NCBI GenBank assembly: GCA_050331735.1
Contig: JBHJGN010000064.1
Span: 1 to 64,000 of the forward strand
Length of the DNA: 64,000 nt
Reading direction: 5' to 3'
Source of the DNA: Cyanophyceae cyanobacterium
Lineage (GTDB): Bacteria; Cyanobacteriota; Cyanobacteriia; Cyanobacteriales; JBHJGN01
The notes under the pieces are model-generated. The model searched no databases. It saw only the letters and a list, made by a program, of their open reading frames with translations, and was not told the origin of the DNA. The position numbers were made by a program, and so were the translations under genes. Positions within the stretch are counted from its first letter, which is position 1. Each line of letters opens with the position of its first letter. Below, piece by piece: positions 31,001-39,588 of the stretch.

Positions 31001-31231
31001 CGTGTTCTCCTGTAGTGATGGAATACAGCCGCCGATTCCGATTGAAGGCTAGGCTGATTCAGCGATATCGCTGGTTCGAGGGGGTTGTGCTTGTGCTCGC
31101 TCCCAAGAAGCCCACTAATACGCATCCATGCTGCTTGTCGAGGCTCAGAGACTCCTGCTAAACTACGGTCCAGCTAAGCTCTTCAGTCAGTGGTTCTCAC
31201 AAATAGTCTATGCTTCTGTCTATGCTTCTCT

Positions 31232-31265
31232 AGCGTAGACAAACATTTTGAGGAACCTGTGAAGA
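31232..31265 (-). promoter_or_regulatory. Direct-repeat operator plus -10
   Basis: Minus strand TCTTCACAGGTTCCTCAAA (31265-31247); TACGCT at 31237-31232. Confidence 0.7.
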
Positions 31266-31302
31266 AGCTCATCCCCTTTCTTCCTGGTGTTGCCACTGCC
31301 TC

Positions 31303-33363
31303 CTATTCAGCAACATCCATCTGCAAATTTTTCACCAAAAAAGACCATTTATCGGCGATTTCTTCAATAATTTTGGCAGTAGGTTTCCCAGCCCCGTGTC
31401 CGGCTTTTGTTTCTATGCGAATGAGCACGGGGTTAGTTCCCTGATGAGCTTTCTGTAGCGCTGCTGCAAACTTAAAGCTGTGGGCAGGAACAACGCGGTC
31501 ATCGTGATCTGCTGTGGTAATCATCGTCGCGGGATAGATGGCTGGCCTGAGATTGTGCAGAGGAGAGTAGGCATAGAGGGTCTGAAACTCTTCCTGATTT
31601 TCTGGACTTCCGTATTCGGAACACCAGGCCCAGCCAATGGTAAATTTGTGGAACCGCAGCATATCCATCACGCCGACGGCTGGGAGTGCAGCGGCGAATA
31701 AATCTGGACGCTGAGTCATACAGGCTCCGACGAGTAAACCACCATTGCTGCCTCCGGCGATCGCTAATTTCTGAGAAGACGTATAGTGGTTGTCAATCAA
31801 CCAGGCTGCGGCGGCCATAAAATCATCAAAAACGTTCTGTTTCTTCAACTTCATGCCCGCCTGATGCCACTCTTCTCCGTATTCCCCGCCGCCGCGCAGA
31901 TTGGCAACGGCATAAACCCCGCCTAGTTCCATCCAGACCAAATTGCTAATAGAAAAGCTAGGAGTGAGAGAGATGTTAAAGCCGCCGTACCCGTAGAGAT
32001 AGGTAGGATTATTCCCGTTTAGCTGTAAGCCCCGTTTGTGGGTAATAAACAGTGGGACTTGGGTTCCATCTGGGCTCTCGTAGAACACCTGCTTGGTTTC
32101 ATACTCATCGGGATTGAAGTCTACCGGCGGCTGGCGGAAAATGCGGCTCTCTCCGCTCGCCATGTCGTAGTGGTAAATGGTAGAGGGGGTGGTGAAACTG
32201 GTAAAGGCGTAGAACGTTTCGGTATGGTTCCGTTTACCGTTAAAGCCTCTCGCAGTCCCAATTCCTGGGAGCACCACCTCCCGCGCCAGCGTTCCATCTA
32301 GCTCAAACACTTTGATCGATGAGTAGGCATCTTGGAGATAATCAGCGACAAACTGGTTGTTTAAAACGCTCACGCCTTCAAGGGTTTCGTCAGCCTGGGG
32401 AACGATTTCTGGCCATTCCTGGTGCGGACGATGACAATCAATAGCGATGACCCGACCGCGAGGGGCAGCTAAATCAGTTCTGAACCAAAACCGCGAGCCG
32501 TCGTTGTTGATGAAGCTATAGTTGGCTTCAAAAGTGCTGATCAGTTCGACAACTTCACCCTCTGCCTGTAAATCTTTATAAAACACTAAATTTTTTGGGT
32601 CAGTGCCGCGCCAAACGCTGATTATTAAATACTGTCCGTCTTCGGTCACTCGCCCGTTAAAGCCCCACTCTTTGTGGTCGGGACGCTGATAAACGAGAAT
32701 ATCTTCAGACTGCGGGAACCCTAAGCGGTGGTAGTAAAGCTTTTGATAGTAGTTAATCTGCTCTAGTTGACTCGCTTCGTCTGGTTCGTCGTAGCGGCTG
32801 TAGTAAAAACCTTGATGATCGTGAGTCCAGGAAGCCCCGCTAAATTTACTCCATTTAAGATGGTCGCCTAGATCGTCTCCAGTATTCACATCTCTGACCT
32901 TCCACTCAATCCAGTCAGAACCAGCCGTTGAGATGCCGTAGGCCACAAGCTTACCATCTTTACTCACAGAAAGTCCCGAGAGCGCTACGGTGCCATCTTC
33001 TGAAAAGGTATTGGGGTCAATTAAAACTTCGGGTTCTCCGTCTAGGGAGGTTAAGGTGTAGAGAACGCTCTGATTCTGCAACCCGTCGTTCTTAAAATAA
33101 AAATAGCGATCGCCTTCAGTGAACGGAATGCCAAACTTCTCGTAATTCCAAAGCTGAGCCGTTCGCTGCTTAATCTTCTCTCTAGCGTCGATTTGAGCCA
33201 GATAACCAAAGGTCACTCGGTTCTGCGCTGCTACCCAGGCTTGAGTTGCTTCTGAATCTGGGTCTTCTAACCAGCGGTAGGGATCTCTTACTTCAACGCC
33301 GTGATAAACATCAACCTGTTCGTCTTGACGAGCGTCAGGATAATCGATGCGAGTAGCAGACAT
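31303..33363 (-). CDS. Prolyl oligopeptidase (S9A)
   Basis: DPYRWLED, GGSNGG, DHDDRV, AGHG catalytic motifs. Confidence 0.96.
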   Translation of the reverse strand: MSATRIDYPDARQDEQVDVYHGVEVRDPYRWLEDPDSEATQAWVAAQNRVTFGYLAQIDAREKIKQRTAQLWNYEKFGIPFTEGDRYFYFKNDGLQNQSVLYTLTSLDGEPEVLIDPNTFSEDGTVALSGLSVSKDGKLVAYGISTAGSDWIEWKVRDVNTGDDLGDHLKWSKFSGASWTHDHQGFYYSRYDEPDEASQLEQINYYQKLYYHRLGFPQSEDILVYQRPDHKEWGFNGRVTEDGQYLIISVWRGTDPKNLVFYKDLQAEGEVVELISTFEANYSFINNDGSRFWFRTDLAAPRGRVIAIDCHRPHQEWPEIVPQADETLEGVSVLNNQFVADYLQDAYSSIKVFELDGTLAREVVLPGIGTARGFNGKRNHTETFYAFTSFTTPSTIYHYDMASGESRIFRQPPVDFNPDEYETKQVFYESPDGTQVPLFITHKRGLQLNGNNPTYLYGYGGFNISLTPSFSISNLVWMELGGVYAVANLRGGGEYGEEWHQAGMKLKKQNVFDDFMAAAAWLIDNHYTSSQKLAIAGGSNGGLLVGACMTQRPDLFAAALPAVGVMDMLRFHKFTIGWAWCSEYGSPENQEEFQTLYAYSPLHNLRPAIYPATMITTADHDDRVVPAHSFKFAAALQKAHQGTNPVLIRIETKAGHGAGKPTAKIIEEIADKWSFLVKNLQMDVAE

Positions 33364-33415
33364 AACATTTCATCAGAAAGCAGCTCGCTCTAGTATAGTC
33401 GTTGCGTTTACGAAG

Positions 33416-33592
33416 TTCTTCCGCAGGAAGCACGGGACGGGGAAGGGGGAATTTGTCCCTCCGGGACGGGGAAGGGGGAAAGGGGAAAGGGGAAAGGGGA
33501 AGGGGGAAAGGTGGGAACAGCAAGTTTTTCCCTTGGAATCTCTCACTCTTGGTTTGTGTGGGAAACTATCTGACTACTTTAGATAAATGGTA
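33416..33592. mobile_element. Partial reversed MITE family A copy with GGGGAAA tract and mini-palindromes
   Basis: Minus strand TACCATTTATCTAAAGTAGTCAGATAGTT begins right after the GT39 TAA stop; other TIR not found. Confidence 0.7.
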
Positions 33593-35131
33593 TTAGCTTG
33601 CTTTTTTTAGCTTCCAGAGTTGAAAGCGAGGATCTCCTATTTCAATAACTTGATAGCTTTCAGAGAGTTTTTCTCTTAATTCCGAACGAGGCTCTACATA
33701 GAGGAAAACCGAAGAATACTGCTTTAGCAAGCCTAGATTATAAGGCTTCTTCAATCCTATTAAGGTTGTTTCTGGTTCAAGATAGCGACTGAGCGTCAAC
33801 AGATAGATTGGTGTCGCAGGGCGCTCTCCATCGCTAATAACAAGGCTCCTGTCTGCCTGGTTATTGATAACGCTAGCAATTGCTTTACTATCAATGCCCC
33901 CTTTAGTCCAAGCTGTTGAAGCGGACAAATACGAAAATGAAGAAGCACTGGAGACTACTACCAAGAAAATCAGCAATACTATGGATAAAGCTTTGCTAAT
34001 TTTTGAATCACTTTTTCTGGATAAAAGTTCTCCGATTGCGCTAGCTACAAGCAAATTGAACATCAACAAGGCAGGAGCAATAAATCTGGGATTGACAGAG
34101 CTACTGACAAAGGTTATCGGCAGTAACGAAAACAAAAAAACATAAACTAAAAGCGTATATTCTCTGCGGGCCTTTAACAAGTAAATAATAGATGCCAGTC
34201 CTATCAATACGACAGAAAATTGAATGACGAGAAATAGGTGGTTGTCTTGTGTATTGCTAAAATAACTAAAGCTGCTAGCCAGGCTATGAATAAGCTTTGT
34301 TATTTTGCCTTGAGATGGTTTACTTTCGACAGTCCAACGAAGTTGGCCCAAAAATCTTCTTAGATTAAAAACAATAACTAGAAGCCAAGGTATAAACAGA
34401 TAGAATGAAATTTTGGCAGCACTCATGATTTTCTTGAAGACACTTTTAGATTCGCTCTTTGCAAGATAGAATAGCTGCCCAAAAATAACTAAAACATAAA
34501 GAATGTGAGTATAAAGACCAAAGGTTGTTATTGCTGTATAGTGAAATAAGTGATTTTTTTTAAAGTTTTGAGATATTTTAAGTACGAGGAGCGTAGAAAT
34601 AGAGGTAATCAGCATTAAAAGAGTATAGGGTCTAGCTTCCTGAGCATAGCCAATTTGAAACGGTGATAGCGACAAAAAAGTAATGGCTATTCCAGTGGCT
34701 AGGAAGCTAGCAAAAATTTGGTAAATAATCAGACCGCCGAAAGCAATAGTCAAAAAACTAATAAACACTGACAAAAAACGCAAGCTGTATACAGAATCAC
34801 CGAATATGCGAATCCAGAAATTCCCTAGCAGAAAAAAAGCTGGTGGATGAACATCTTCGGAAAGAGAAGAAATCGTTTTGAAGATTGATGAGCTTCCTTG
34901 CTGAAACGAAAATAATTCTGCCGAATTAATGCCTGTAGCTGCTGAGATTGAAGACGCAAGCTCAGCCCTTCTTTGACCAGAAATAACAAAAGATGTAAAG
35001 GTTTCGTCAAACCAATAAATCTTTGAATCTAGATTAATTATTCTTAGCAAAAATCCCACCAAAAGAATTAGCAAAATAATTCCAAGGGGAAGATAGCTTT
35101 CTTTCCTAGCCCAACTTGAAATTTTTTCCAT
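33593..35131 (-). CDS. Glycosyltransferase family 39-like (GT-C) membrane protein
   Basis: YWFDE, DVHPP, YAQEARPY, LYTH; many TM helices; AT-rich. Confidence 0.88.
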   Translation of the reverse strand: MEKISSWARKESYLPLGIILLILLVGFLLRIINLDSKIYWFDETFTSFVISGQRRAELASSISAATGINSAELFSFQQGSSSIFKTISSLSEDVHPPAFFLLGNFWIRIFGDSVYSLRFLSVFISFLTIAFGGLIIYQIFASFLATGIAITFLSLSPFQIGYAQEARPYTLLMLITSISTLLVLKISQNFKKNHLFHYTAITTFGLYTHILYVLVIFGQLFYLAKSESKSVFKKIMSAAKISFYLFIPWLLVIVFNLRRFLGQLRWTVESKPSQGKITKLIHSLASSFSYFSNTQDNHLFLVIQFSVVLIGLASIIYLLKARREYTLLVYVFLFSLLPITFVSSSVNPRFIAPALLMFNLLVASAIGELLSRKSDSKISKALSIVLLIFLVVVSSASSFSYLSASTAWTKGGIDSKAIASVINNQADRSLVISDGERPATPIYLLTLSRYLEPETTLIGLKKPYNLGLLKQYSSVFLYVEPRSELREKLSESYQVIEIGDPRFQLWKLKKAS

Positions 35132-35421
35132 TATTAGATTTTCCTTCTTAGAATGAAATTGGTTTATAAATCATGTTTTTTGAATTTTCTTATTAGCTGA
35201 AATGGTTAAATCTCATGCTAAAAAAATTAGAAACAGAAGACTGGCAGCGACTTTAGTTGTGCGCCTGCCTATTTGCATCGTATTTTGTCGTTTTTATAAG
35301 TTGTTTAAATTTTTTTTAAATTATTTAAAGCCAAAAACATTAAACAATTTTCTAAATTGTTTTTATTTTAGAAAGCTGCGAAATATTAGTCAATTATGTT
35401 ATTTAAACAATGAGGATTGAG

Positions 35422-35525
35422 CACCAAATCCGCATCCCCACCCCTGTTTCCTGCTTCAGTTTCAAATCCTTCTGCCATCTGCCTCTCTTGCCTAACGTTT
35501 TGGGGTATCTAAACCGGATTTGGTA
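35422..35525. mobile_element. MITE-like element, second family
   Basis: Inverted ends CACCAAATCCG ... CGGATTTGGTA around a pyrimidine-rich core. Confidence 0.5.
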
Positions 35526-35605
35526 TAGCCCAATTGGCCAATAAACTGGGTAGAAGCTTGTTGACGCATCGCTTCTTGCTTGCAGGGCAGTGCACCTAGG
35601 GCGGT

Positions 35606-36085
35606 TTAGATGAGGCGATCGCTATCCAGTAAAAAAATAGTCAGCGATTCTGGGACTTGAGGAATCACGGCAACGTGGCTAGCAATTTCGAGGGTGTCAG
35701 CACGGCGGTAGGATTCTGGCAGGACGCGCAGTTCGGATAAAGACACGTCCATGAGCGTTGGCGTTTGTACAGACAGAATTCCCATCTGTTCTCCGTGGCT
35801 GTTTTTGAAGAGCACAATGTAGCCCGTGGTTCCTGATTCTTCTAGTTGACTGGTCTGAAACAGTCGCTTGTGTAGATCGACAACGGTAATTTCTTGGTCG
35901 CCGACATGAGCAATGCCCGTGTGGTTGAGTCCGCTGCCGTAAACAGTCGTGCGATTAATAATTTTTTGGACAACATCAATGGGGAAAGCGACATTGAGGT
36001 TACCGATCTGAAAAAACACTAGTTTTAAAGAGCGCTGAGCCGCTTCCGACAGTTGAGGTTCAGCGCGAACAAGTTGATTGGTCAT
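35606..36085 (-). CDS. cheW: CheW-like adaptor
   Basis: CheW-type beta pattern (ITVVDLH), last gene of the taxis operon. Confidence 0.82.
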   Translation of the reverse strand: MTNQLVRAEPQLSEAAQRSLKLVFFQIGNLNVAFPIDVVQKIINRTTVYGSGLNHTGIAHVGDQEITVVDLHKRLFQTSQLEESGTTGYIVLFKNSHGEQMGILSVQTPTLMDVSLSELRVLPESYRRADTLEIASHVAVIPQVPESLTIFLLDSDRLI

Positions 36086-36104
36086 GGGGATTAAATCCTA
36101 AAGA

Positions 36105-39100
36105 TTAAGAACTGACAGCTAATTCAGCCGAATGGTGAGCAATTAATTCAGCCACAGCCTTGAGCAGTTCCGGTTCGATATACGGCTTGGTAAAGTAGGC
36201 GGTTGCTCCAAGATGCGTAGCAAGCTGACGATGCTTGTTGTTGCTGCGGGAGGTAAGCATGGCGACCGGAATTTTCGCAAGGCCAGGATCCTGACGACGC
36301 TGACTGAGAAACTCAAACCCGTTCATGTTTGGCATTTCAACATCGCAGATCACAAGCTGGACCGCCGATTGCTGAAGTCGGTCGAGAGCTTCTCGTCCAT
36401 CTTTAGCCTGTAAAACGCGATAGCCTGCTTTTTGCAGAGTAAGCGCCAGAGTTCTTCGCAAAGCCGCCGAGTCATCAACGACTAAAACGGTATTGGCTCG
36501 ATGTCTGGAGGCTGTAGCCGCCGATTGAGCGCGCTGCGCTTGACTAGAAGCGGCAATCGTGGTGCTGGCATCGCTCCTGAGTACCGTGTCCAGCAAAGCG
36601 GCTCCGTCAATCACGGGAATGAGAGTCCCATCACCGAGGATGGTGCAGCCGTAGGTATAGCTAGGCGACGACATGGCGGGACCGAAGGATTTGATCACCA
36701 ATTCTTGCTCAACAACCAGGCGGCTCACTTCGAGACCAGACACCTGCTGCCCACGCCGCAGCAGCAGTAGCGGCGCGGCCCACTCTTGCGGAGAAGCGAC
36801 GGTCTCAAACGCTTTGCTCAAAGTCGTTTCTGGCAGTGGGCAGCGGTACTCTAACAGCTCTGCCATCGGGTAAATCGGAATAATTTCCCCCTGCCAGTGC
36901 AGAAAGCGCTGACTCCCGGAAAACTTGAGCTGCTCTGGTTGCGGAATCAAGAGGTCTTCGATGCTGTCTGAGGGAATCGCAAACGGCGTTGAGCCAAATA
37001 AGCACACCAGTAGCTTAGAGACCGTGAGCGTCAGCGGCAGGCGCAGAGTGAACGTGGTTCCTTGGCCAGGAGCGGAGGTGACGTTGATGGTTCCTTTGAG
37101 AGCGCGGAGCTGCGATCGCACCACATCTAAGCCCACGCCCCGACCAGAAATTTCACTGACCTGATCGGCGGTTGAGAATCCTGGCTCAAAAATTAAGTCC
37201 AAAAGCTGACTAGAGGAGGCGATCGCGCGTTCTTCTGGAGACAGTAACCCCCTCTCCACGGCCCGACGACCAATTTTTTCTAGATTCAGCCCCTGACCAT
37301 CATCCTTGACCTCAATGATGGTTTGGTTACTCTGGTGATACGCGCGAATTTCAATGATGCCCGTCTCCGATTTCCCCTGTTGCTGCCGTCGTTCTGGCGA
37401 TTCGATTCCGTGGTCGAAGGCGTTTCTAAGCAGATGCAGCAGCGGATCGTACAGTTTTTCTAAAGCGGCTTTATCGACTAAAACCTCTGTCCCGTTGAGC
37501 TTTAGGTCTACAGACTTGCTATAGGTATGGGACAAGTCCCGCAACACGCGCGGAAAGCGGTTGAGCACTTCACTCAGAGGCAGCATCCGCGCCCACATCA
37601 GCTCATCTCGGAGATTGGCGAGCATTTGGCGCTGCTCTTCGATGCTTTGGTTAGACTGTTTGGCAAACAGGGTAATGTCGTCAACCGTCTCTTCAAGCTG
37701 AATAATTTCTTCGAGCAGTCCCTGAAGCAGGGAATACATCGCGCCATAGCTATCCAATTCTAATGAGTCAAAGGAATCCCCCAAAGACAAGGAAACGGGC
37801 TGACTCGCGCTCCCATTCGTCTTCCCGAATCGCTCTGGCGCAACGAGCATCTGATCTGAGAGAGTGCGCAGGTTATCAGCCGTTTCCCGGAAGCGTGTGA
37901 AGCGGGTCAGCAGCTTTCTCACGGTTCCCTGAAGCTGCTCATTCTGGAGAGACAGACGGTTACGGTTAATCGCTAGCTCGCCGACCTGGTTGTTCATCTG
38001 CTCTAGTCGGTTGAGGTCAACTCGAATAGTGAGACGAGCGGGAGCAGCAGCTTTTGCTGGAGCAGAGGAGGCCGGGGAGCCAGGGAAGGTCTGCCGATCG
38101 GGCTTACGAGATCCGGTCTGTTCCCCCGGGAGCTCGCTTAGCGCTGGTAGTTGAGCAAACGATTGTTCGATCGACTGCACGGCTGCGTCTAGGCTTTGCT
38201 CGTCTGAGTTTTGTTCCCCAGATAGAGCCGGAGATTCTGCTGCGGGGGCTTCTCCATTCAGCGAAGAGCTGAACTCGTCAAACAGCGGGTCAGCATCCAG
38301 CGGGGCAGCTTCTCCAAAAATATCGTCGAGCAGTGGGTCAGAGTCCGTCGGAGCGGCTTCTCCAAAGACATCATCGAGCTCTTCACGCTCTGGTCCGGGA
38401 GACTCAAAGACGTCGTCGAGCAGTGGGTCAGAGTTTGACGGGCCTGCTTCAACGCCATCTGTTGAGGCTGCTTCAGATACGGTCGCTGCTTCGGCTAGCA
38501 GGGATTCATCCCAGTCGAATACTGGAGCAGGCTCGGCTACACGTTGAGCAGCCTCACCGGTTTGGGCCAGGGCGATGAGTGCCTCAGAAGGACGGCCTCC
38601 CTGAGCGCGATCGCCGGCGAGCACGGCGTCTCGACCTGCGGTACAGTCGGCGATCATCAGTTGAGCGACCTGTAAAGCCCGGTCTGGATGACGCTCAAGA
38701 GCGGTGACGACGGTGTGAGCAATCTCCCCAAATCCGGGCAGATTGAGCATCTCGCTAAAGCCCGAAAATACCTCGGCTTGAGCGCGGACTTCTCCCACCA
38801 CCTCGTACTTTTCGGGATGGGCCATTACCTCTTGGAGGTGGGCGAGCCCCTGAGCGACGTCAATTTCAAAGATTGATGTAACAATATCGATCCCGAGATC
38901 CGCAGAGGTCGGCATGTAGTTATCGGCTTGCGCCAGAGCATCGCCTAATTGCGCCTCAATTTGGGCAAAAATAGATTCAGCGGTGGTTTGGGCCGCTTCC
39001 GGGTTGTAGGTTCCGGTGTCGATTTGCTCGGTCAAGGGAAGACGCAGGCAGTCGTAAGCCTGAAGCAGCAGACTTTCTAGCTCCGCATCGATGGTGACTT

Positions 39101-39344
39101 CTTCGCTGTAGAGAGCTTTAAAGCTGTCTTCGAGACGATGAGCGATCGCTTTGATGGCATCGAGCTCAACGCTGGCTGCTCCTCCTTTGAGGGAATGAGC
39201 CGCTCGCATAATTTCGTGAACTTTACCCGTGGTGCGCTCCTGTCTTAGGGATAGTAATCCCGTTTCAATGATCTGTAGTAGCTCAGGAGCCTCTTCAATA
39301 AAAAACTGATAAGCCTGGTCGCGGATTTCTGGGGTCATCGACAT
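36105..39344 (-). CDS. pixL: CheA-like hybrid histidine kinase (PixL/TaxAY1)
   Basis: Hpt (RAAHSLKG), HATPase (RNAFDHG, GRGVGLD), CheW domain, receiver. Confidence 0.92.
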   Translation of the reverse strand: MSMTPEIRDQAYQFFIEEAPELLQIIETGLLSLRQERTTGKVHEIMRAAHSLKGGAASVELDAIKAIAHRLEDSFKALYSEEVTIDAELESLLLQAYDCLRLPLTEQIDTGTYNPEAAQTTAESIFAQIEAQLGDALAQADNYMPTSADLGIDIVTSIFEIDVAQGLAHLQEVMAHPEKYEVVGEVRAQAEVFSGFSEMLNLPGFGEIAHTVVTALERHPDRALQVAQLMIADCTAGRDAVLAGDRAQGGRPSEALIALAQTGEAAQRVAEPAPVFDWDESLLAEAATVSEAASTDGVEAGPSNSDPLLDDVFESPGPEREELDDVFGEAAPTDSDPLLDDIFGEAAPLDADPLFDEFSSSLNGEAPAAESPALSGEQNSDEQSLDAAVQSIEQSFAQLPALSELPGEQTGSRKPDRQTFPGSPASSAPAKAAAPARLTIRVDLNRLEQMNNQVGELAINRNRLSLQNEQLQGTVRKLLTRFTRFRETADNLRTLSDQMLVAPERFGKTNGSASQPVSLSLGDSFDSLELDSYGAMYSLLQGLLEEIIQLEETVDDITLFAKQSNQSIEEQRQMLANLRDELMWARMLPLSEVLNRFPRVLRDLSHTYSKSVDLKLNGTEVLVDKAALEKLYDPLLHLLRNAFDHGIESPERRQQQGKSETGIIEIRAYHQSNQTIIEVKDDGQGLNLEKIGRRAVERGLLSPEERAIASSSQLLDLIFEPGFSTADQVSEISGRGVGLDVVRSQLRALKGTINVTSAPGQGTTFTLRLPLTLTVSKLLVCLFGSTPFAIPSDSIEDLLIPQPEQLKFSGSQRFLHWQGEIIPIYPMAELLEYRCPLPETTLSKAFETVASPQEWAAPLLLLRRGQQVSGLEVSRLVVEQELVIKSFGPAMSSPSYTYGCTILGDGTLIPVIDGAALLDTVLRSDASTTIAASSQAQRAQSAATASRHRANTVLVVDDSAALRRTLALTLQKAGYRVLQAKDGREALDRLQQSAVQLVICDVEMPNMNGFEFLSQRRQDPGLAKIPVAMLTSRSNNKHRQLATHLGATAYFTKPYIEPELLKAVAELIAHHSAELAVSS

Positions 39345-39350
39345 TGTTTA

Positions 39351-39513
39351 TACCAAGTTTAGAAAGTGAAGCTACAAGGAGTTGAGTGGGGAAAAGGGGG
39401 CGCCAAACTTTTGCGGCGTACGATGCCGCAAAACAACTGGCGCAAGGGGAAAAGGGTAAAGGGGAAATTTATGCCTTGTCCGTTAACTCTCTCTCCAACT
39501 TTCAACTGGCGTA
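39351..39513. mobile_element. MITE-like element with a nested hairpin inside the taxis operon
   Basis: TTA-TACCAAGTTTAGAAAGT ... ACTTTCAACTGGCGTA; internal GCGCCA..TTTTGCGGC-GTACGAT-GCCGCAAAA..TGGCGC within a GGGGAAA tract. Confidence 0.55.
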
Positions 39514-39588
39514 GCCTTTCAACGGAGAAATCGTATTGCTGGAGAGGCAGGGAGATGGGGGCAGCAGGAAAGGTAGCATTGTTGCTCG

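Noticed and set aside
31303..33363. RiPP macrocyclase (PopB/PCY1-like)
   Set aside because: Looks like an ordinary bacterial S9A peptidase; no precursor peptide or tailoring genes adjacent.
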